A DNA stretch of 64,000 bases from the NCBI GenBank assembly GCA_964409865.1, contig CAYPGE010000004.1, positions 1,740 through 65,739 of the forward strand. Reading direction: 5' to 3'. The stretch is from an uncultured Pirellulaceae bacterium. Its GTDB lineage: Bacteria; Planctomycetota; Planctomycetia; Pirellulales; Pirellulaceae. Below the pieces are notes generated by a model. The model did no database searches and was not told the origin of the DNA. It was given only the letters and a program-made list of their open reading frames with translations. The translations under genes were made by a program, and so were the position numbers. Below, piece by piece: positions 1 to 8,842 of the stretch (its first letter is position 1; each line of letters starts with the position of its first letter).

Positions 1-609
1 CTGGTATTCGATGCAACCCGTTCCGGGCCGTACGAGCCTGCGGCCGTGGTCGCCGGCCCACCTCCCGTCGACGTCTGGACGAACCCCGTCAATCCGCTTG
101 ACGTCAACAGCGAAGGAATCGTCAGTCCGTTGGACGCGCTGGAAACGATCAACTACATCAACATTCGGGTGGGCCAAACGGAGATCCCGGCGCAGCAGTT
201 CTATCCGCCGCGTTTCTTCGACGTCACTGAAGACGGTGCGATCACGCCCGCGGACGTGCTGCTGGTCGTCAACTATCTCAACGGTCCTCCGGGAGGTTTC
301 GGTGAGGGGGAGTCAAGAACACTAATGGAAGGCATGGTCGAGAGATTGCGTTTCCTCCCCGCCGTGCTTGACGCTGCAGCACCCCGCAGCGAATCTCCAA
401 CGTTCGATCACCCGGCTCAGCCAACCGCCGCCTTCCAAGACACAGGTCTGGTGCCGAATGCCGAGCGGTCTTCGCCGGTCGTCGAGCGGGATTCTCCCAG
501 AGTATTGGACCGGCCGGATCCGTGGCTTGAGGATCCCGACCTGTTTGGCCTGGAGGCGGTCTTGGAGGAAATCTCGCCGGAGATTGCCGCACCGTGGCTG
601 GGAAAGTAG
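1..609 (+). CDS. 3' fragment of a larger protein ending in two dockerin-type (EF-hand-like) Ca-binding repeats; 5' end lies outside the window
   Basis: Frame 1 is open from nt 1 to TAG 607-609 (track ORF 46..609 is its 3' part). The repeats PLDVNSEGIVSPLDALETINYIN and FFDVTEDGAITPADVLLVVNYLN fit the dockerin type I pattern (assignment from memory). Confidence 0.55.
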   Translation: MVFDATRSGPYEPAAVVAGPPPVDVWTNPVNPLDVNSEGIVSPLDALETINYINIRVGQTEIPAQQFYPPRFFDVTEDGAITPADVLLVVNYLNGPPGGFGEGESRTLMEGMVERLRFLPAVLDAAAPRSESPTFDHPAQPTAAFQDTGLVPNAERSSPVVERDSPRVLDRPDPWLEDPDLFGLEAVLEEISPEIAAPWLGK

Positions 610-667
610 TGGGGGGCGAGCACGGCCTTGCCTTGTTCATCGCCAGCGGGTAGGCTCGGTCAATCCA

Positions 668-749
668 GGCGAGCGGGGTGGCGTGAGCCCCCCGGTTCTG
701 AACCGGACGACTAGCTGGGAACCGGGGGGCTCACGCCACCCCGCTCGCC
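668..749. repeat. REP-like hairpin element, family A (31-bp stem, 20-nt loop)
   Basis: ggcgagcggggtggcgtgagccccccggttc (668-698) pairs perfectly with gaaccggggggctcacgccaccccgctcgcc (719-749). It is followed by gccaggatgcgcgca. A second copy lies at 28606-28687. Confidence 0.8.
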
Positions 750-853
750 ACGCCAGGATGCGCGCACGGCGCGCGCATCGTACGGAGTGAGACTCGAAGG
801 CATCTTGTGGACCAGGCTCCCGACCGCGGAGGGGCCGTTTTTGGGAGGCGACG

Positions 854-3157
854 ATGAAACGATTTGCGTCATGGGTGGGGCTTGCGGCGTGGACTTGGGC
901 CGCTCTGGCCGCGGCAGCCGAGGAAAGTAACGTTGCCAACGTGGAACCCGTGCGGGTCGCGGACGGCAAGTTGCAGATCGGGCTGGACCCGGCCAACGGA
1001 ACGCTCCTGGAACTGGTCCAGTTGCCTGACGGCTGCAATCAACTCGCCGGCGGTCCGGAGCCCTTGGGGCTGTGGCAGATCACCGTCCGCGACGGCGAGA
1101 CTGCGCACGAATTGAGCGCCGAGCGCGCTGGTCCTCCCAAAATCGAGCGACTGACGGCGGATCAATCTGGATTGCGGCTGGTGTGGGACCAGGTTGCAGC
1201 CGAAGGGACGCAACCGCTGCGCGTGGAGGTCCTGATCCGGCTCGGCCAACAGGGCGAATCGCTCAGCCGCTGGGATCTGTCGGTCGTGAAGCCGAAAGGC
1301 GTGCGGCTGACGCAAGTCCGGTTTCCCCGCGTCCCCAGCCTGCGGGAGCGTACCGAGGAAGTGCTCGCCATTCCGCGCGAGTTGGGCGCTCTGGCCCGCA
1401 ACCCCCGCGCTCTGATCCAAGGCAAGAACAAGCAGGGCGCCCGCCTCGCCTGGCGCTATCCGTTTCCCCTGAACATGCCGTGCCTGGCCTTCTATCAGGA
1501 CCATGGTCCCGGCTTCTACGCGGCTTGCGACGACCCGCAGAACTACCGCAAGGAGTTCGCGCTGTGGGGTGACGGGCAGGGACGAGTGCATTTCGAAATC
1601 CTGCACGAGCCGGAACAGGAGGCCGCCGAGCTGGCCGAGTTCCACCTTCCCTTTGCGGTCGTGCTGGGCGCGTTCCACGGCGATTGGACGACCGCGGCGC
1701 GATTGTATCGCCAGTCGCCGGCAGCCAAGACGATTGCCGGCCGCGGCCGGTTGCGCCGCCAGTTGACGCCGGCCTGGTTGCCCGAGACCGGACTCTGGGT
1801 GTGGAATCGCGGCCGGTCGCCGGGCGTGTTGGAGCCGGCGACGGTGATGCGGAAGCACCTGCAGACGCCGGTCAGCGTGCTGTGGCACTGGTGGCACAAC
1901 TGCGCCTACGACGCCGGTTTTCCCGAATACCTGCCGCCTCGCGAAGGCAGCGAACGGTTCCAGGCCGCCTTGGCCGCGGCGCAGCAGCAGGACGTCCACG
2001 CGATCCTGTACATGAACCAACGTCTGTGGGGAATGCAGACCCAGAGTTGGATCGACGAGGGCGCCGAGGCGTACGCCGTCAAGGGACCGGACGGCCAGGT
2101 CCGGCCGGAGGTGTACAATGTGTTCATGAAGGCGCCCTGCGTGCCGATGTGCATCGGCACTCGATTCTGGCGCGACAAGTACGCCGGTCTGGCGCAAGAA
2201 GTCTTCTGCGGCCTGAAAGCCGACGGTGTCTACATGGATCAGACGGGCGTCTTAGCCAATTGCTACGATCCCAGTCACGGCCATATCTTGGGAACCGGCC
2301 GGTATTGGACGGACGGTTTGGCGATGCTCACCGCCGAGATCCGCGATCGCGGCTCCACGCGCGGCCGCGTGGCGTTGGGAGGCGAATTCTGCGGCGAGCC
2401 GTGGATCGGGAGCCTGGACTTGACGTTGGCCCTGAGCGTCAGCGCCGACCGCATCGGTTCGAGTCCCGTCTGGGAGCCGATCCCGTTTTTTCAAGCGGTG
2501 TACCACGGCAGCACGATCGTCTTCGGCAACTATGCCGGACTGGTTCATCCGCCCTATGACGAGAAATGGCCGCCGGAAAAGACCCTGCCGGGAACTCTGA
2601 CGTTGCTGGATCGCAAGTTCAGCAAGCAATTCCTGCTGGAGCAGTCGCGGACCTTTGCCTGGGGCATGCAGCCCATGCTCGCGAATTTCCTGCCTTCGCA
2701 ACTGCAGGAACGCCCCGAGGAAATCGACTTCGTGACGCGGTTGGTCCGCACGCGGATGCAGGCGCTCAAGTACCTGCTGCACGGCACATGGGTTCGCCCA
2801 CCGGCGCTCGACGTACCGCAGCAGGAAATCGACGTCGCACAAATCGGAGTCTACACGCCCCTGCGAGCCTCCAAACGGACCCACCCCGTGGCGTTAGCCG
2901 GCGCGTGGCAAGCCGCGGACGGGGACGTGGCCATTGTTCTGGCCAGCATTCACGACCAGAAACTCAGACTGCGGCTGCCCATCGACGCCCAAGCGTACGG
3001 TCTACGTGCCCGCTGTGCCGTGTATCGCATCGACGAGGCTGGCCGGCAGCGTCTGGGCATGTTCGATTCGCGCGATCCGGTTTGGCAGCTTGATCTGCCT
3101 CCGCGCGGGCTCTGCCTGCTCGAGTTCTCCCGCGAGGAGAACTGCGATTTACCTTGA
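854..3157 (+). CDS. Secreted uncharacterised 767-aa protein (possibly glycoside-hydrolase-like; family not recognised with certainty)
   Basis: Long ORF with a signal peptide (MKRFASWVGLAAWTWAALAAAAE) and G/C-rich third codon positions. The antisense ORF 869..2197 is Arg/Gly/Ala-rich shadow. Confidence 0.8.
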   Translation: MKRFASWVGLAAWTWAALAAAAEESNVANVEPVRVADGKLQIGLDPANGTLLELVQLPDGCNQLAGGPEPLGLWQITVRDGETAHELSAERAGPPKIERLTADQSGLRLVWDQVAAEGTQPLRVEVLIRLGQQGESLSRWDLSVVKPKGVRLTQVRFPRVPSLRERTEEVLAIPRELGALARNPRALIQGKNKQGARLAWRYPFPLNMPCLAFYQDHGPGFYAACDDPQNYRKEFALWGDGQGRVHFEILHEPEQEAAELAEFHLPFAVVLGAFHGDWTTAARLYRQSPAAKTIAGRGRLRRQLTPAWLPETGLWVWNRGRSPGVLEPATVMRKHLQTPVSVLWHWWHNCAYDAGFPEYLPPREGSERFQAALAAAQQQDVHAILYMNQRLWGMQTQSWIDEGAEAYAVKGPDGQVRPEVYNVFMKAPCVPMCIGTRFWRDKYAGLAQEVFCGLKADGVYMDQTGVLANCYDPSHGHILGTGRYWTDGLAMLTAEIRDRGSTRGRVALGGEFCGEPWIGSLDLTLALSVSADRIGSSPVWEPIPFFQAVYHGSTIVFGNYAGLVHPPYDEKWPPEKTLPGTLTLLDRKFSKQFLLEQSRTFAWGMQPMLANFLPSQLQERPEEIDFVTRLVRTRMQALKYLLHGTWVRPPALDVPQQEIDVAQIGVYTPLRASKRTHPVALAGAWQAADGDVAIVLASIHDQKLRLRLPIDAQAYGLRARCAVYRIDEAGRQRLGMFDSRDPVWQLDLPPRGLCLLEFSREENCDLP

Positions 3158-3200
3158 AAGACGACGGCGGATCAGTCGGGTCAGCCCCATCTCGACGATC

Positions 3201-4517
3201 CTACGCCAGCTTGGTGATCCCCGGAATCGGCACCGGATAGGTCCCGTCGGCGCCGGGCTTGGCAGGCGGGTCCATGTCCCAACTGACGTTGTCCGGGCCG
3301 GCGCGCCACGGCGAGTTGAGGGCCTGTTCCCACGTCATCTGCTGGCCCGTGTAGCAGACCATCTGGCCCAGCAGCGACAGCATCGTGCTGCGGACCATGC
3401 GGAGGCCGTCGTTCACGGTCTGGCCGCTGCGGACGGCGTCGAACAGCACCACGTGCTCGGCATCGTACATGTTGGCTTTCGGTCCGCTGTACTCCCAGTT
3501 CGTGGCGCCTTCGATGCGGCATTTGTTGGGCAAGTACGCGCGGCCCTTGGTGCCCAGAATCGTGTCCGAGACCTCGCTGTAGCAGCCGTCCTGGGCGCGG
3601 ACGTTGGCATACAGCCGCACGCCGTTGGCGTACTCGTAGACGATCGCGTCGTGGTCGAACACGTCGCCGTGGACGGGCGAGAAGCAGGACGAACGGCCGC
3701 CGGAACCGAAGGCTTTGACCGGCGTTTCCTCGCGCAACGCCCAGGCGGCCTTGTCGATGCTGTGCAACAGCGACTGCGGACCGTCGTCGCCCGACAGCCA
3801 GCGGAAGTGGTACCAGTTGCGGAACTGGTACTCCAGTTCGCTCCACCCCGCCTGGCGTTCGATGTTGCGGTAGGTCGAACGCATGTAGGTTTCCTGGATC
3901 GCAACGATGTCGCCGATCGCGCCGTCCAGCACGCGCTGGATCGTTTCCTGCACCGCTTTGTCGTAGCGCCAGCACAGCCCGGAGACGATGCTCAGCTTCT
4001 TTTTCTGGGCCTCGTCGACCGCTTGCTGGACGACATGAATCCCCGGCGGATCGATGGCGTGGGGCTTCTCCACGAACACGTGCTTGCCGGCGTCGACGGC
4101 GGCCTTCAAGTAGAGGGGATGATATTTGGACGTGCAGGCGATCAGCACGACGTCGACTCCGCTGTCGATCACTTTCTGGTAGGCGTCAAAGCCGACGAAG
4201 CAGTGGTCGTCGTCCACCGCCACCTGGTCGGGCTTGTTGTTCTTAAGGTTCGCACGGCTGGTCTTCACCTTGTCGTCGAAGATGTCGGACATGGCGATCA
4301 GGCGAACGTCAGGCCCGGCGTTCATGGCATTGACCGCCGCGCCGCTGCCGCGGCCACCGCAGCCGATCAAGCCAACCTTGATCACATCGCTGCCGGCGGC
4401 ATGGACGCTGCGAGCCAGGGGCAGCGTGCCTAATGCCGTTCCGGCTGCGGCCGAGGCGGCCAGGAACTGACGGCGGGAAAAACGTTGGCGGGAGGTTGGC
4501 TCGTGGCGTTCGTTCAT
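3201..4517 (-). CDS. Gfo/Idh/MocA-family oxidoreductase with twin-arginine signal
   Basis: Track ORF 3201..4625 trimmed to ATG 4517, which is preceded by AAGGAG (8-nt spacer). The N-terminus MNERHEPTSRQRFSRRQFLAASAAAG is a Tat signal. VGLIGCGGRGSGAA is a Rossmann motif typical of the family. Confidence 0.9.
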   Translation of the reverse strand: MNERHEPTSRQRFSRRQFLAASAAAGTALGTLPLARSVHAAGSDVIKVGLIGCGGRGSGAAVNAMNAGPDVRLIAMSDIFDDKVKTSRANLKNNKPDQVAVDDDHCFVGFDAYQKVIDSGVDVVLIACTSKYHPLYLKAAVDAGKHVFVEKPHAIDPPGIHVVQQAVDEAQKKKLSIVSGLCWRYDKAVQETIQRVLDGAIGDIVAIQETYMRSTYRNIERQAGWSELEYQFRNWYHFRWLSGDDGPQSLLHSIDKAAWALREETPVKAFGSGGRSSCFSPVHGDVFDHDAIVYEYANGVRLYANVRAQDGCYSEVSDTILGTKGRAYLPNKCRIEGATNWEYSGPKANMYDAEHVVLFDAVRSGQTVNDGLRMVRSTMLSLLGQMVCYTGQQMTWEQALNSPWRAGPDNVSWDMDPPAKPGADGTYPVPIPGITKLA

Positions 4518-4690
4518 CGGGAGACTCCTTGGGATGGGACTTGAGGGATCACGGTTGTGCATGGTAACGATCTGCGGGCCGCATGTCATCCAGGGGGGAG
4601 AAGTTCCAGCATCCATCGCCACCAAACGCGACGCATGCTATGCTGGTGAGCGATCGGTCAGCCCTTCCAAGACGCCCCAGGAGTGAAACC

Positions 4691-6202
4691 ATGCACCGAC
4701 GCGATCTGCTCAAAGCCGGCGCGGCAGCCGCTGGAATACTGGCTGTTCCCGCGAACCGTTCGACGGGCGCGGGCCACGCGATTTCTGCGATGCCGGCGGA
4801 TACACCCGCCGTCTTGGCCGGCTACGGCGCCGCGGATCACCGGCGACGGCTGATGAACATCGGCTTCTGCCAGCGGGCCATTCGTACATGTTTGCGCAAG
4901 CATCTGGTCACCGGTTACCTGCCGGGCCAGTGCTGTTACAACTTGGGCGAGTACCCCTGCCGCAAGCCTTGGGATCCCGATGATTGGGACGAGCAGGAAT
5001 TGGACCGCCTGCGGGACCACGGCATTCGCTTGCTCCAAGTCCACGAGGAATGGAACGATTCGCAACGTCTGTTCGGCGGCCACAAGCTCGCGCCGCTGAA
5101 CCCCGCCGGCTTTCGCCGCTTCGTGGACATGGTACACCGGCGAGGCATGAAGCTGATCGTGTATGTGTCCAGCGGCTACTTCGAGAAAAACGATCCCGAC
5201 TTCCGGCCGGAATGGACCGCGAAGGACGATCATCCGCTGGTCGAGATCTACTTCCGCTACGCCCACTGTTCGCCGGCCAGTCCAGGTTGGCGGGCGTACT
5301 TCTTCAAGCATCTGGTCCGCATCTTGGACGACTACGGCATCGACGGCGTCTACAACGACCTCGGCTATCGTCAGCCACCAGACGTCGCGGGCCAGCCGAG
5401 CGGCGATCAAGTGCTGGCCTTCGAGGAAAACGCCGGCCACGACGGAGCATTGTCGGATCTGCTGGCCCTGATCTACGCCGAAGTCCATCGTCGCGGGGGT
5501 GTGGTCAAAGTTCATCGGGGCAACGTCCTTGCTCCCAAGACCGATCTGACGGTGTACGACTACCTCTGGGTCGGCGAAGGAGCGAAGCAAGGCGACCGTT
5601 TTCGCGAGGCCGTCAAGGGGCATGTGCCGTACGTCGTCCCGTGCCTGGACATGAGCCGAGCCACGATTGCCAGCGAGGACGAATTGTACTTGCACGCGAT
5701 CCCCTACCTGCAATTCCCGCTGCTGCTGGCGGGGCGGCCGTTCACAGGCGAACGGGCCGCGATTTCCGGCATCGAGTATCCGCCCGAAGAACGCTGTTTC
5801 TGGACGCGGCACTGCCGGGCGATCTGGAAACACTACCAAGCCCACCCGAACGGCCCCTTCAGCTACGGCTGGTGGGATTCCGTGCCGGGGCGGCCGGAAG
5901 CCCGCCCCACACACGCCCGCTGGCTGAAGCAGTACCTGCCGATGGTCGAAGAGGGCACCTGGGCCTGGCTGGAAATCGGCCAGTCGGAATTGTTCCGCCA
6001 GGCGTTGCCCACGGATGTGGTCGCGTCTGCGTTTGCCAACCGTGAACTCTATCTGGTGTTGGCGAACTACGGCCAGCAGCCGGCGCAAGTCGAGACGCGC
6101 GACCAATACGTGGCAGTGGCGGACGCTGCCGCCGCTCCCAAGACAACGTGGCGTTTGGAGGGACGATCGCTGGCCATCTTGCGACGCTGTGTCCCATCGT
6201 AG
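4691..6202 (+). CDS. Tat-signal uncharacterised protein, possibly TIM-barrel glycosidase-like
   Basis: Track ORF 4583..6202 trimmed to ATG 4691, preceded by AGGAG. MHRRDLLKAGAAAAG is a Tat signal. The function call is weak (segments such as GMKLIVYVSSGYF and DGVYNDLGY resemble glycosidase barrels). Confidence 0.8.
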   Translation: MHRRDLLKAGAAAAGILAVPANRSTGAGHAISAMPADTPAVLAGYGAADHRRRLMNIGFCQRAIRTCLRKHLVTGYLPGQCCYNLGEYPCRKPWDPDDWDEQELDRLRDHGIRLLQVHEEWNDSQRLFGGHKLAPLNPAGFRRFVDMVHRRGMKLIVYVSSGYFEKNDPDFRPEWTAKDDHPLVEIYFRYAHCSPASPGWRAYFFKHLVRILDDYGIDGVYNDLGYRQPPDVAGQPSGDQVLAFEENAGHDGALSDLLALIYAEVHRRGGVVKVHRGNVLAPKTDLTVYDYLWVGEGAKQGDRFREAVKGHVPYVVPCLDMSRATIASEDELYLHAIPYLQFPLLLAGRPFTGERAAISGIEYPPEERCFWTRHCRAIWKHYQAHPNGPFSYGWWDSVPGRPEARPTHARWLKQYLPMVEEGTWAWLEIGQSELFRQALPTDVVASAFANRELYLVLANYGQQPAQVETRDQYVAVADAAAAPKTTWRLEGRSLAILRRCVPS

Positions 6203-6257
6203 AGGCCCTCACCCCCAGCCCGTCTCCCATACGGCGCGGGGAGGTTTGTTAGGTCCC

Positions 6258-7454
6258 ATGTCCCAAGTTGTATTCCTCGAACAACTGCGGCAGGAAGCGG
6301 TCCGACGCTATGGCGTGCGGCCGGGCGGCGTGCGCGTCGTGCGGTCGCCGTATCGCATCTGCCCGTTGGGCGCTCACATCGACCATCAGTTGGGGCCCGT
6401 GACGGCCATGGCCATCGATCAGGCCGTCCACGTGGCCTATGCTCCGTTGGCAGGCGAAGTGCGGCTGAGCAGCTTGGACTTCGCGGGAGACGTTCAGTTT
6501 TCCTTGGATCACGTCCCCGAGCGGCGCGGCGGCGATTGGGGGAACTTTGCCCGCGGGGCGGTCCGTTCGTTACAGCAGCACTATCCTCTGCCATGCGGGA
6601 TCCAAGGAGTGACCGCCGGCCGTCTGGACGGCGGCGGGCTCAGTTCCTCCGCCGCGATCGGCGTAGCCCTGCTGCTGGCCCTGGAGGAGGCTAACGGCCT
6701 GACGGTTACCGCGCAGGAGAACATCGCCCTGGACCAGGCGATCGAAAACGAGTACCTGGGCCTGCGGAACGGCATCCTGGACCAGTCGGCGATCTTGCTG
6801 TCGCGGCGAGGCCATCTGACGTACCTTGATTGCCGAACACGCGAACACGAATTGATCCCGTCCACGGTACCTGCCGGATCCCCGGCGATCCTGTTGGCGT
6901 TCTCCGGACTCAAGCAGGCGCTGGTCGGTACGGACTACAACCGGCGGGTCGACGAGTGCCGCGCGGCGGCAGAAGTGCTGCTGCGGGCGCTGGGCCGGCC
7001 GGATGCGGTGCCCGTCTTGCGGAACATTGAACCCGACGAGTACGCGAAATATCGGCACCTGTTGAACGGTCCCCCCGCCCGCCGCGCGGCGCACTTTTTC
7101 TCCGAAGTCCAACGCGTCCGGGAAGGGGTCGAATGCTGGCGTCGCGGTGACTTGGCCGGCTTCGGCCGTCTGGTCTCCGCCTCCGGCGAGAGTTCCATTC
7201 AGAATTACGAATGCGGCTGCCCGCCGTTGGTCGATTTGTACGAGATTCTGATCGCCACCGAGGGCGTGTACGGTACACGCTTCAGTGGCGCGGGTTTCCG
7301 CGGTTGTTGTGTGGCTCTGGTGGAGCGTCAAGCGGCAGAGGCGGCTGTGGAATCCGTCCTGGACCGGTATCGCCAGCGTCAGCCGCAACTGGCCGGCGAC
7401 GCCTTCGCCCTGGTGTGCGGCAGCGACGACGGGGCAAGGCACCTGCGAGAGTAG
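6258..7454 (+). CDS. GHMP-family sugar kinase (galactokinase / galacturonokinase-like)
   Basis: Track ORF 6015..7454 trimmed to ATG 6258 (GGAGG upstream). It has the N-terminal motif RSPYRICPLGAHIDHQ and the GHMP ATP motif GGGLSSSAA. The N-motif resembles galacturonokinases more than classical GalK (from memory). Confidence 0.85.
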   Translation: MSQVVFLEQLRQEAVRRYGVRPGGVRVVRSPYRICPLGAHIDHQLGPVTAMAIDQAVHVAYAPLAGEVRLSSLDFAGDVQFSLDHVPERRGGDWGNFARGAVRSLQQHYPLPCGIQGVTAGRLDGGGLSSSAAIGVALLLALEEANGLTVTAQENIALDQAIENEYLGLRNGILDQSAILLSRRGHLTYLDCRTREHELIPSTVPAGSPAILLAFSGLKQALVGTDYNRRVDECRAAAEVLLRALGRPDAVPVLRNIEPDEYAKYRHLLNGPPARRAAHFFSEVQRVREGVECWRRGDLAGFGRLVSASGESSIQNYECGCPPLVDLYEILIATEGVYGTRFSGAGFRGCCVALVERQAAEAAVESVLDRYRQRQPQLAGDAFALVCGSDDGARHLRE

Positions 7455-7457
7455 GCA

Positions 7458-7500
7458 TCTCGCTCCGCGAGATGGAAGGCGATCCTCTCGCGGAGCGAGA
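7458..7500. repeat. 15-bp-stem hairpin 4 nt after the kinase stop codon (REP-like or terminator-like, no U-tract)
   Basis: tctcgctccgcgaga (7458-7472) pairs with tctcgcggagcgaga (7486-7500); the loop is 13 nt. Confidence 0.7.
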
Positions 7501-7522
7501 GGGCTACGATGAGGAAGACGCC

Positions 7523-8638
7523 ATGACAGACTTGCCGGATTCGATCGCGATTGCGGGAGCGTGGGGGTATATCGGCCGGAAGTTCCTGGACGTCGCCCTG
7601 CGGCAGCGGATTCGCACGTTTGTGTATGACCCTGGCCCCATGCCGGCGGACATCGATCCGGACGCCTTGACCCGTCTAAACGACGAGTCGGAATTCTATC
7701 GCCTGCCGGTCGACATGTTCCACTTGGCCGCGCATCCCGATCAGCGCCGGACGGGGCAGCAGATGCTGCTCGAACGTGCCAGGTTCGAGCCGCTGGCCAT
7801 CCTGAACGAAAAGCCCATGGCCTCGCCGGAATCGCCTGAGGATTGTGACCAGTTGGTCGCCGGGGCGAGAGACAGCGGCGTCTGTATGCTGTACGATTTC
7901 CCCGAACTGTACGACCCCTTGACCGAGCGCATTATCGAACACCTCTCGTCCTATCGCGATGTGCAAATCACTGGCATCTCGATGTGCCGCTCCAAGGATC
8001 GCGAAGCCCCAGAGAATCCGCGGAACTACAAGCGGATGGTCCCGATCCAGTACCAGGAATCCGTGCATTGCCTGGCGTACGTGCTGTTCGTGCTGGCGCG
8101 TATTCGCGGCAGCCTGGACGAAGTGTTCGATGAAGGCGTTGGCATCCGCGCCGAGTCTGAGCCTTATTCGCCGCCGAACCCCGAAATCTACCCCTACGTC
8201 GTCGACGGAAAGTGCAGCTACCAGCTCACTCTGGGCAGCCTGGCGATCCAGGGCCTGACGAACTTCAAGGCCGGCGCGGAATTCACCAAACGGCGAGTTC
8301 TCTGCGGCCGCGGAGACGGCCAGCCGTTTCGCATCGAGGTGGAATACCTGGAAGGCCAGAAGCAGTTGAAGATCAATGGCGCGGACCAGCGAGTCGATCC
8401 CTGCGCGAATTCCTACGAGTCGGTCCTGAGAACGTTCACGCGCTGGCGGCGGCACGTGGGTCGCGACGAGTTGATGAGCGGCATCTATCCGAATCCGGCC
8501 TTTGCACGCATCACGTACCAGCTGTCCAGTGCGTTGTGGCGGGCCGGCCGCGCCCGCTCCGCGGTGCAACTGGCCGATGTGGATCAGCTGCTCAAGTTTG
8601 ACGCCGGCTTTCGTGAATCACTCCGTATTGGCCGATGA
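7523..8638 (+). CDS. NAD(P)-binding Rossmann-fold protein (oxidoreductase-like), function unknown
   Basis: Track ORF 7211..8638 trimmed to ATG 7523, downstream of the hairpin. The N-terminus contains IAIAGAWGYIGRKF, a dinucleotide-binding glycine motif. Confidence 0.7.
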   Translation: MTDLPDSIAIAGAWGYIGRKFLDVALRQRIRTFVYDPGPMPADIDPDALTRLNDESEFYRLPVDMFHLAAHPDQRRTGQQMLLERARFEPLAILNEKPMASPESPEDCDQLVAGARDSGVCMLYDFPELYDPLTERIIEHLSSYRDVQITGISMCRSKDREAPENPRNYKRMVPIQYQESVHCLAYVLFVLARIRGSLDEVFDEGVGIRAESEPYSPPNPEIYPYVVDGKCSYQLTLGSLAIQGLTNFKAGAEFTKRRVLCGRGDGQPFRIEVEYLEGQKQLKINGADQRVDPCANSYESVLRTFTRWRRHVGRDELMSGIYPNPAFARITYQLSSALWRAGRARSAVQLADVDQLLKFDAGFRESLRIGR

Positions 8639-8842
8639 TGGGGACTGCCAAGGCGGAAACCCACTTTTTGTCCCGCCGGTCATCCCATCATGTTGACAAA
8701 TCTGCAGCACCTACTCTACTCTAGGAACATGCCAATTCAGGTTGTCCGTCAAGGAGCCTCTGCTGGACGAGACCCGGCTGGCCGGCTGGCAAACCGTCAA
8801 GATCCCATTTTCGTTCCTAAGAACCACGCAAAGGAGGAGGCG

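Noticed and set aside
4518-4625. N-terminal extensions given by the ORF track (for example 3201..4625, 4583..6202, 6015..7454, 7211..8638, 8690..10519, 12326..13498, 13305..15236, 15703..17520, 17449..19320 and 20494..21774)
   Set aside because: In each case an internal ATG/GTG is preceded by a Shine-Dalgarno-like AGGAG motif and starts a recognisable signal peptide, Tat motif or family N-terminus. The upstream extension is Arg/Pro-rich and overlaps neighbouring genes or repeats.
6203-6257. GC-rich element ccctcacccccagcccgtctcccatacggcgcggggagg between the Tat protein and kinase genes (the reverse strand translates as GDGLGVRA) as a third repeat family
   Set aside because: Only one copy is in the unique arm, and it has only a weak 5-6 bp stem (ctccc/gggag). 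That is not enough to call a repeat from this window.
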